Positions 1 through 11,100 of a stretch of 64,000 nt of DNA are shown here, piece by piece (the stretch's first letter is position 1; each line of letters begins with the position of its first letter). The translations under genes and the position numbers were made by a program. The notes beneath the pieces are model-generated. The model was not told the origin of the DNA, searched no databases, and saw only the letters and a program-made list of their open reading frames with translations. The stretch comes from Eledone cirrhosa (taxonomy: Eukaryota): the NCBI GenBank assembly GCA_964016885.1, contig OZ024744.1, forward strand, positions 13,826,001-13,890,000. Direction: 5' to 3'.

Positions 1-1559
1 TAAATTGAGAGATCACAACTCCCATACTATGGACATGTGGTTAGAATGTCTCAGTTGATCAGAGTGTCACTCCAGTTAAAGTTACTCTCTAAATTGAGAG
101 ATCACAACTCCAATACTATGGACATGGGGTTTGAATGTCTCAGTAGATCAGAGAGTCGCTCCATTTAAAGCCACTCTCTAAATTGAGAGATCACAACTCC
201 AATAATATGGACATGTGGTTAGAATGTCTCAGTAGATCAGAGTGTCACTCCAGTTAAAGCTACTCTCTAAATTGGGAGATTACAACTCCAATACTATGGA
301 CATGGGTTTTGAATGTCTCTGTAGATCAGAGAGTCACTCCAGTTAAAGCTACTCTCTAAATTGAGAGATCACAACTCCCATACTATGGACATGTGGTTAG
401 AATGTCTCAGTAGATCAGAGAGTCATTCCAGTTAAAGCCACTCTCTAAATTGAGAGATCACAACTCCCATACTATGGACGTGTGGTTAGAATGTCTCAGT
501 AGATCAGAGAATCACTCCAGTTAAAGCTACTCTCTAAATTGAGAGATCACAACTCCCTAACTATGGACATGTGGTTAGAATGTCTCAGTAGATCAGAGAG
601 TCACTCCAGTTAAAGCCACTCTGTAAATTGAGAGATCACAACTCCCAATACTCTGGACGTGTGGTTAGAATGTCTCAGTACATCAGAGAATCACTCCAGT
701 TAAAACTACTCTCTAAATTGAGAGATCACAACTCCCATACTATGGACATGTGGTTAGAATGTCTCAGTAGATTAGAGTGTCATTCCAGTTAAAGCTACTC
801 TCTAAATTGAGAGATCACAACTCCCATACTATGGACATGTGGTTAGAATGTCTCAGTAGATCAGAGTGTCACTCCAGTTAAAGCCACTCTCTAAATTGAG
901 AGATCACAACTCCCATACTATGGACATGTGGTTAGAATGTCTCAGCAGATCAGAGAGTCACTCCAGTTAAAGCCACTCTCTAAACTGAGAGATCACAACT
1001 CCAATACTATGGACATGTGGTTAGAATGTCTCAGTAGATCAGAGACTCATTCCAGTTAAAGCCACTCTCTAAATTGAGAGATCACAACTCCCGTACTATG
1101 GACGTGTGGTTAGAATGTCTCAGTAGATCAGAGAATCACTCCAGTTAAAGCTACACTCTAAATTGAGAGATCACATCTCCCATAATATGGACATGTGGTT
1201 AGAATGTCTCAGTAGATCAGAGAGTCACTCTTGTTAAAGCTACTCTCTAAATTGAGAGATCACAACTCCTATACTATGGACATGGGGTTAGAATGTCGCA
1301 GTAGATCAGAGTGTCACTCTAGTTAAAGCCACTCTCTAAATTGAGAGATCACAACTCCCAAACTATGGACATGTCGTTAGAATGTCTCAGTAGATCAGAG
1401 AGTCACTCCAGTTAAAGCTAATCTCTAAATTGAGAGATCACAACTCCAATGCTATGGACATGGGGTTTGAATGTCTCAGTAGATCAGAGAGTCGCTCAAG
1501 TTAAAGCCACTCTCTAAATTGAGAGATCACAACTCCAATACTATGGACATGTGGTTAGA

Positions 1560-4110
1560 ATGTCTCAGTAGATCAGAGAGTCACTCTTGTTAAAGCTACT
1601 CTCTAAATTGAGAGATCACAACTGCTATACTATGGACATGGGGTTAGAATGTCTCAGTAGATCAGAGTGTCACTCCAGTTAAAGCCACTCTCTAAATTGA
1701 GAGATCACAACTCCCAAACTATGGACATGTCGTTAGAATGTCTCAGTAGATCAGAGAGTCACTCCAGTAAAAGCCACTCTCTAAATAGAGAGATCACAAC
1801 TCCAATAGTATGGACATGGTGTTTGAAAGTCTCAGTAGATTAGAGTGTCACTCCAGTTAAAGCTACTCTCTAAATTGAGAGATCACAACTCCAATACTAT
1901 GGACATGGGGTTTGAATGCCTCAGTAGATCAGAGAGTCGCTCAAGTTAAAGCCACTCTCTAAATTGAGAGATCACAACTCCCATACTATGGACATGTGGG
2001 TAGAATGTCTCAGTAGATCAGAGAGTCACTCCAGTTAAAGCCACTAATTCTCTAAATTGAGAGATCACAACTTCCATACTATGGACATGTGGTTAGAATG
2101 TCTCAGTAGATCAGAGAGTCAGTCTTGTTAAAGCTACTCTCTAAATTGAGAGATCACAACTCCTATACTATGGACATGTGGTTAGAATGTCTCAGTAGAT
2201 CAGAGTTCACTCCAGTTAAAGCCACTCTCTAAATTGAGAGATCACAACTCCTATACTATGGACATGGGGTTTGAATGTCTCAGTAGATTAGAGAGTCACT
2301 CCATTTAAAGCCACTCTCTAAATTGAGAGATCACAACTCCAATACTATGGACATGTGATTAGAATGTCTCAGTAGATTAGAGAGTCACTCCAGTTAAAGC
2401 CACTCTCTAAATTGAGAGATCACAACTCGAATACTATGGACATGGGGTTTGAACGTCTCAGTACATCAGAGTGTCACTCCAGTTAAAGCTACTCTCTAAA
2501 TTGGGAGATTACAACTCCAATACTATGGACATGGGGTTTGAATGTCTCAGTAGATCAGAGAGTCACTCCAGTTAAAGCTACTCTCTAAATTGAGAGATCA
2601 CAACTCCCATACTATGGACATGTGGTTAGAATGTCTCAGTAGATCAGAGAGTCATTCCAGTTAAAGCCACTCTCTAAATTGAGAGATCACAACTCCCATA
2701 CTATGGACGTGTGGTTAGAATGTCTCAGTAGATCAGAGAATCACTCCAGTTAAAGCTACTCTCTAAATTGAGAGATCACAACTCCCTAACTATGGACATG
2801 TGGTTAGAATGTCTCAGTAGATCAGAGAGTCACTCCAGTTAAAGCCACTCTGTAAATTGAGAGATCACAACTCCCATACTCTGGACGTGTGGTTAGAATG
2901 TCTCAGTACATCAGAGAATCACTCCAGTTAAAACTACTCTCTAAATTGAGAGATCACAACTCCCATACTATGGACATGTGGTTAGAATGTCTCAGTAGAT
3001 TAGAGTGTCATTCCAGTTAAAGCTACTCTCTAAATTGAGAGATCACAACTCCTATACTATGGACATGGGGTTAGAACGTCTCAGTAGATCAGAGTGTCAC
3101 TCCAGTTAAAGCCACTCTCTAAATTGAGAGATCACAAATCCCATACTATGGACATGTGGTTAGAATGTCTCAGTAGATCAGAGAGTCTCTCCAGTAAAAG
3201 CTACTCTCTAAATTGAGAGATCACAACTCCAATACTATGGACATGTGGTTAGAATGTCTCAGTAGATCAGAGAGTAATTCCAGTTAAAGCCACTCTCTAA
3301 ATTGAGAGATCACAACTCCCGTACTATGGACGTGTGGTTAGAATGTCTCAGTAGGTCAGAGAATCACTCCAGTTAAAGCTACTCTCTAAATTGAGAGATC
3401 ACATCTCCCATACTATGGACATGTGGTTAGAATGTCTCAGTAGATCAGAGAGTCACTCTTGTTAAAGCTACTCTCTAAATTAAGAGATCACAACTGCTAT
3501 ACTATGGACATGGGGTTAGAATGTCTCAGTAGATCAGAGTGTCACTCCAGTTAAAGCGACTCTCTAAATTGAGAGATCACAACTCCCAAACTATGGACAT
3601 GTCGTTAGAATGTCTCAGTAGATCAGAGAGTCACTCCAGTAAAAGCCACTCTCTAAATAGAGAGATCACAACTCCAATACTATGGACATGGGGTTTGAAA
3701 GTCTCAGTAGATTAGAGTGTCACTCCAGTTAAAGCTACTCTCTAAATTGAGAGATCACAACTCCAATACTATGGACATGGGGTTTGAATGTCTCAGTAGA
3801 TCAGAGAGTCGCTCAAGTTAAAGCCACTCTCTAAATTGAGAGATCACAACTCCCATACTATGGACATGTGGGTAGAATGTCTCTGTAGATCAGAGAGTCA
3901 CTCCAGTTAAAGCCACTAATTCTCTAAATTGAGAGATCACAACTTCCATACTATGGACATGTGGTTAGAATGTCTCAGTAGATCAGAGAGTCACTCTTGT
4001 TAAAGCTACTCTCTAAATTGAGAGATCACAACTCCTATACTATGGACATGGGGTTAGAATGTCTCAGTAGATCAGAGTTCACTCCAGTTAAAGCCACTCT
4101 CTAAATTGAA
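1560..4110. repeat. Seven-monomer variant cassette repeated at a 21-monomer (1872-bp) offset
   Basis: The ordered variants ACTGCTA, CCAAAC/GTCGTT/GTAAAA, TAAATAG, GTCGCTCAAG, GTGGGTAG plus AATT insertion, ACTTCC/CTCTTG and GAGTTCAC occur at about 1600-2230 and again at about 3475-4100 (ACTGCTA at 1621 and 3493). Confidence 0.8.
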
Positions 4111-7100
4111 AGATCACAACTCCCATACTATGGACATGTGGTTAGAATGTCTTAGTAGATCAGAGAGTCACTCCAGTTAAAGCTACTCTCTAAATTGAGA
4201 GATCACAACTCCCATACTATGTACATGTGGTTAGAATGTCTCAGTAGATCAGAGAGTCACTCCAGTTAAAGCCACTCTCTAAATTGAGAGATCACAACTC
4301 CCATATTATGGACATGTGGTTAGAATGTCTCAGTAGATCAGAGAGTCACTCCAGTTAAAGCTACTCTCGAAATTGAGAGATCACAACTCCCAAACTATTG
4401 ACATGTGGGTAGAATGTCTCAGTAGATCAGAGAGTCACTCCAGTTAAAGCCGCTAATTCTCTAAATTGAGAGATCACAACTCCCATACTATGGACATGTG
4501 GTTAGAATGTCTCAGTAGATCAGAGAGTCACTCCAGTTAAAGCTACTCTCTAAATTGAGAGATCACAACTCCAATACTATGGACATGGGGTTTGAAAGTC
4601 TCAGTAGATCAGAGTTTCACTCCAGTTAAAGCTACTCTCTAAATTGAGAGATTACAACTCCAATACTATGGACATGGGGTTTGAAAGTCTCAGTAGATCA
4701 GAGTGTCACTCCAGTTAAAGCTACTCTCTAAATTGAGAGTTTAAAACTCCAATACTATGGACATGTTTGTTAGAATGTCTCAGTAGATTAGAGAGTCACT
4801 CCAGTTAAAGCCACTCTCTAAATTGAGAGATCACAACTCCAATACTATGGACATGTGATTAGAATGTGTCTCTAGATTAGAGAGTCACTCCAGTTAAAGC
4901 CACTCTCTAAATTGAGAGATCACAACTCCAATACTATGGACATGTGGTTAGAAAGTCTCAGTAGATCATAGTGTCACTCCAGTTAAAGCTAATCTCTAAA
5001 TTGAGAGATCACAACTCCAATACTATGGAGATGGGGTTTGAATGTCTCAGTAGATGAGAGTGTCACTCCAGTTAAAGCTACTCTCTAAATTGAGATATCA
5101 CAACTCCAATACTATGGACATGTGGTTTGAATGTCTCAGTAGATCAGAGAGTCACTTCAGTTAAAGCTACTCTCTAAATTGAGAGATCACAACTCCAATA
5201 CTATGGACATGGGGTTTGAAAGTCTCAGTAGATCAGAGTGTCACTCCAGTTAAAGCTACTCTCTAAATTGAGAGATTACAACTCCAATACTATGGACATG
5301 TGGTTAGAATGTCTCAGTAGATTAGAGAGTCACTCCAGTTAAAGCCATTCTCTAAATTGAGAGATCACAACTCCAATACTATGGACATGTGGTTAGAATG
5401 TCTAAGTAGATCAGAGTGTCACTCCAGTTAAAGCCACTCTCTAAATTGAGAGATCATAACTTCCATACTATGGACATGTGGTTAGAATGTCTCAGTAGAT
5501 CAGAGAGTCACTCCAGTTAAAACCACTCTCTAAATTGAGAGATCACAACTCCAATACTATGGACATGTGGTTAGAATGTCTCAGTAGATCAGAGAGTCAC
5601 TCCAGTTAAAGCCACTAATTCTCTAAATTGAGAGATCACAACTTCCATACTATGGACATGTGGTTAGAATGTCTCAGTAGATCAGAGAGTCACTCTTGTT
5701 AAAGCTACTCTCTAAATTGAGAGATCACAACTCCTATACTATGGACATGTGATTAGAATGTCTCAGTAGATCAGAGTTCACTCCAGTGAAAGCCACTCTC
5801 TAAATTGAGAGATCACAACTCCTATACTATGGACATGGGGTTTGAATGTCTCAGTAGATTAGAGAGTCACTCCATTTAAAGCCACTCTCTAAATTGAGAG
5901 ATCACAACTCCAATACTATGGACATGTGATTAGAATGTCTCAGTAGATTAGAGAGTCACTCCAGTTAAAGCCACTCTCTAAATTTTGAGATCACAACTCG
6001 AATACTATGGACATGGGGTTTGAACGTCTCAGTACATCAGAGTGTCACTCCAGTTAAAGTTACTCTCTAAATTGAGAGATCACAACTCCAATACTATGGA
6101 CATGGGGTTTGAATGTCTCAGTAGATCAGAGAGTCACTCCAGTTAAAGCCACTCTCTAAATTGAGAGATCACAACTCCAATACTATGGACATGTGGTTAG
6201 AATGTCTCAGTAGATCAGAGTGTCACTCCAGTTAAAGCTACTCTCTAAATTGGGAGATTACAACTCCAATACTATGGACATGGGGTTTGAATGTCTCAGT
6301 AGATCAGAGAGTCACTCCAGTTAAAGCTACTCTCTAAATTGAGAGATCACAACTCCCATACTATGGACATGTGGTTAGAATGTCTCAGTAGATCAGAGAG
6401 TCATTCCAGTTAAAGCCACTCTCTAAATTGAGAGATCACAACTCCCATACTATGGACGTGTGGTTAGAATGTCTCAGTAGATCAGAGAATCACTCCAGTT
6501 AAAGCTACTCTCTAAATTGAGAGATCACAACTCCCTAACTATGGACATGTGGTTAGAATGTCTGAGTAGATCAGAGAGTCACTCCAGTTAAAGCCACTCT
6601 GTAAATTGAGAGATCACAACTCCCATACTCTGGACGTGTGGTTAGAATGTCTCAGTACATCAGAGAATCACTCCAGTTAAAACTACTCTCTAAATTGAGA
6701 GATCACAACTCCCATACTATGGACATGTGGTTAGAACGTCTCAGTAGATTAGAGTGTCATTCCAGTTAAAGCTACTCTCTAAATTGAGAGATCACAACTC
6801 CTATACTATGGACATGGGGTTAGAACGTCTCAGTAGATCAGAGTGTCCCTCCAGTTAAAGCCACTCTCTAAATTGAGAGATCACAAATCCCATACTATGG
6901 ACATGTGGTTAGAATGTCTCAGTAGATCAGAGAGTCTCTCCAGTAAAAGCTACTCTCTAAATTGAGAGATCACAACTCCAATACTATGGACATGTGGTTA
7001 GAATGTCTCAGTAGATCAGAGAGTAATTCCAGTTAAAGCCACTCTCTAAATTGAGAGATCACAACTCCCGTACTATGGACGTGTGGTTAGAATGTCTCAG

Positions 7101-8180
7101 TAGGTCAGAGAATCACTCCAGTTAAAGCTACTCTCTAAATTGAGAGATCACATCTCCCATACTATGGACATGTGGTTAGAATGTCTCAGTAGATCAGAGA
7201 GTCACTCCAGTTAAAGCTACTCTCTAAATTGAGAGATCACAACTGCTATACTATGGACATGGGGTTAGAATGTCTCAGTAGATCAGAGTGTCACTCCAGT
7301 TAAAGCTACTCTCTAAATTGAGAGATCACAACTCCCAAACTATGGACATGTCGTTAGAATGTCTCAGTAGATCAGAGAGTCACTCCAGTAAAAGCCACTC
7401 TCTAAATAGAGAGATCACAACTCCAATACTATGGACATGGGGTTTGAAAGTCTCAGTAGATTAGCGTGTCACTCCAGTTAAAGCTACTCTCTAAATTGAG
7501 AGATCACAACTCCAATACTATGGACATGGGGTTTGAATGTCTCAGTAGATCAGAGAGTCGCTCAAGTTAAAGCCACTCTCTAAATTGAGAGATCACAACT
7601 CCCATACTATGGACATGTGGGTAGAATGTCTCTGTAGATCAGAGAGTCACTCCAGTTAAAGCCACTAATTCTCTAAATTGAGAGATCACAACTTCCATAC
7701 TATGGACATGTGGTTAGAATGTCTCAGTAGATCAGAGAGTCACTCTTGTTAAAGCTACTCTCTAAATTGAGAGATCACAACTCCTATACTATGGACATGG
7801 GGTTAGAATGTCTCAGTAGATCAGAGTTCACTCCAGTTAAAGCCACTCTCTAAATTGAAAGATCACAACTCCCATACTATGGACATGTGGTTAGAATGTC
7901 TTAGTAGATCAGAGAGTCACTCCAGTTAAAGCTACTCTCTAAATTGAGAGATCACAACTCCCATACTATGTACATGTGGTTAGAATGTCTCAGTAGATCA
8001 GAGAGTCACTCCAGTTAAAGCTACTCTCGAAATTGAGAGATCACAACTCCCAAACTATTGACATGTGGGTAGAATGTCTCAGTAGATCAGAGAGTCACTC
8101 CAGTTAAAGCCGCTAATTCTCTAAATTGAGAGATCACAACTCCCATACTATGGACATGTGGTTAGAATGTCTCAGTAGAT
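2040..8180. repeat. Older internal duplication at ~3.75 kb (42-monomer) offset: about 2040-4540 versus about 5610-8180
   Basis: TAGGTCAG 3352/7101 and TAAATTGAAA 4102/7851 are both offset by 3749. The copies share AAATCCC, GTCTCTCCAGTAAAA, GTAATTCC and TGTACATG in order, with several private differences. Confidence 0.82.
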
Positions 8181-11100
8181 CAGAGAGTCATTCCAGTTAA
8201 AGCCACTCTCTAAATTGAGAGATCACAACCCCCCATACTATGGACGTGTGGTTAGAATTTTTTCAGTAGATCAGAGGATCACTCCACTTAAAGCTACTCT
8301 CTAAATTGAGAGATCACAACTCCCTAACCATGGACATGTGGTTAGAATGTCTCAGTAGATCAGAGAGTCACTCCAGTTAAAGCCACTCTCTAAATTGAGA
8401 GATCACAACTCCCACACTCTGGACGTGTGGTTAGAATGTCTCAGTACATCAGAGAATCACTCCAGTTAAAACTACTCTCTAAATTGAGAGATCACAACTC
8501 CCATACTATGGACATGTGGTTAGAATGTCTTAGTAGATCAGAGAGTCACTCCAGTTAAAGCTACTCTCTAAATTGAGAGATCACAACTCCCATACTATGG
8601 ACATGTGGTTAGAATGTCTCAGTAGATCAGAGAGTCACTCCAGTTAAAGCCACTCTCTAAATTGAGAGATCACAACTCCCATACTATGGACATGTGGTTA
8701 GAATGTCTCAGTAGATCAGAGAGTCACTCCAGTTAAAGCTACTCTCGAAATTGAGAGATCACAACTCCCATACTATTGACATGTGGGTAGAATGTCTCAG
8801 TAGATCAGAGAGTCACTCCAGTTAAAGCCGCTAATTCTCTAAATTGAGAGATCACAACTCCCATACTATGGACATGTGGTTAGAATGTCTCAGTAGATCA
8901 GAGTTTCACTCCAGTTAAAGCTACTCTCTAAATTGAGAGATTACAACTCCAATACTATGGCCATGGGGTTTTAAAAGTCTCAGTAGATCAGAGTGTCACT
9001 CCAGTTAAAGCTACTCTCTAAATTGAGTGTTTAAAACTCCAATACTATGGACATGTGGTTAGAATGTCTCAGTAGATTAGAGAGTCACTCCAGTTAAAGC
9101 CACTCTCTAAATTGAGAGATCACAACTCCAATACTATGGACATGTGATTAGAATGTCTCAGTAGATTAGAGAGTCACTCCAGTTAAAGCCACTCTCTAAA
9201 TTGAGAGATCACAACTCCAATACTATGGACATGTGGTTAGAAAGTCTCAGTAGATCAGAGTGTCACTCCAGTTAAAGCTAATCTCTAAATTGAGAGATCA
9301 CAACTCCAATACTATGGACATGGGGTTTGAATGTCTCAGTAGATCAGAGTGTCACTCCAGTTAAAGCTACTCTCTAAATTGAGAGATCACAACTCCAATA
9401 CTATGGACATGGGGTTTGAATGTCTCAGTAGATCAGAGAGTCACTCCAGTTAAAGCTACTCTCTAAATTGAGAGATCACAACTCCAATACTATGGACATG
9501 GGGTTTGAAAGTCTCAGTAGATCAGAGTTTCACTCCAGCTAAAGCTACTCTCTAAATTGAGAGATTACAACTCCAATACTATGGACATGGGGTTTGAAAG
9601 TCTCAGTAGATCAGAGTGTCACTCCAGTTAAAGCTACTCTCTAAATTGAGAGTTTAAAACTCCAATACTATGGACATGTGGTTAGAATGTCTCAGTAGAT
9701 TAGAGAGTCACTCCAGTTAAAGCCACTCTCTAAATTGAGAGATCACAACTCCAATACTATGGACATGTGATTAGAATGTGTCTCTAGATTAGAGAGTCAC
9801 TCCAGTTAAAGCCACTCTCTAAATTGAGAGATCACAACTCCAATACTATGGACATGTGGTTAGAAAGTCTCAGTAGATCAGAGTGTCACTCCAGTTAAAG
9901 CTAATCTCTAAATTGAGAGATCACAACTCCAATACTATGGAGATGGGGTTTGAATGTCTCAGTAGATGAGAGTGTCACTCCAGTTAAAGCTACTCTCTAA
10001 ATTGAGATATCACAACTCCAATACTATGGACATGTGGTTTGAATGTCTCAGTAGATCAGAGAGTCACTTCAGTTAAAGCTACTCTCTAAATTGAGAGATC
10101 ACAACTCCAATACTATGGACATGGGGTTTGAAAGTCTCAGTAGATCAGAGTGTCACTCCAGTTAAAGCTACTCTCTAAATTGAGAGATTACAACTCCAAT
10201 ACTATGGACATGTGGTTAGAATGTCTCAGTAGATTAGAGAGTCACTCCAGTTAAAGCCACTCTCTAAATTGAGAGATTACAACTCCAATACTATGGACAT
10301 GTGGTTAGAATGTCTAAGTAGATCAGAGTGTCACTCCAGTTAAAGCCACTCTCTAAATTGAGAGATCACAACTCCAATACTATGGACATGGGGTTTGAAA
10401 GTCTCAGTAGATTAGCGTGTCACTCCAGTTAAAGCTACTCTCTAAATTGAGAGATCACAACTCCAATACTATGGACATGGGGTTTGAATGTCTCAGTAGA
10501 TCAGAGAGTCGCTCAAGTTAAAGCCACTCTCTAAATTGAGAGATCACAACTCCCATACTATGGACATGTGGGTAGAATGTCTCTGTAGATCAGAGAGTCA
10601 CTCCAGTTAAAGCCACTAATTCTCTAAATTGAGAGATCACAACTTCCATACTATGGACATGTGGTTAGAATGTCTCAGTAGATCAGAGAGTCACTCTTGT
10701 TAAAGCTACTCTCTAAATTGAGAGATCACAACTCCTATACTATGGACATGGGGTTAGAATGTCTCAGTAGATCAGAGTTCACTCCAGTTAAAGCCACTCT
10801 CTAAATTGAAAGATCACAACTCCCATACTATGGACATGTGGTTAGAATGTCTTAGTAGATCAGAGAGTCACTCCAGTTAAAGCTACTCTCTAAATTGAGA
10901 GATCACAACTCCCATACTATGTACATGTGGTTAGAATGTCTCAGTAGATCAGAGAGTCACTCCAGTTAAAGCTACTCTCGAAATTGAGAGATCACAACTC
11001 CCAAACTATTGACATGTGGGTAGAATGTCTCAGTAGATCAGAGAGTCACTCCAGTTAAAGCCGCTAATTCTCTAAATTGAGAGATCACAACTCCCATACT

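Noticed and set aside
1-89. Tandem tRNA, 5S, snRNA or spliced-leader RNA genes
   Set aside because: There is no cloverleaf, no recognisable Pol III A/B box, no oligo-T terminator and no Sm site in the consensus. An Rfam/Infernal search would be needed to exclude this fully.
1-89. CENP-B box or assignment to a named satellite family
   Set aside because: The CENP-B box needs two CpGs and the consensus has none. I do not recognise the monomer, and a BLAST/Dfam/Repbase search is required.
1284-1291. Telomere-like GGGTTAG and CCCTAA motifs
   Set aside because: Only single isolated hexamers in some monomer variants, never in tandem.
4759-4768. p53-family half-site (GGACATGTTT), E-box (CATGTG/CACGTG) and AP-1-like (GAGTCA) motifs
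   Set aside because: Short motifs expected by chance. The perfect p53 half-site occurs in only two monomers and lacks a valid partner half-site; there is no functional evidence.
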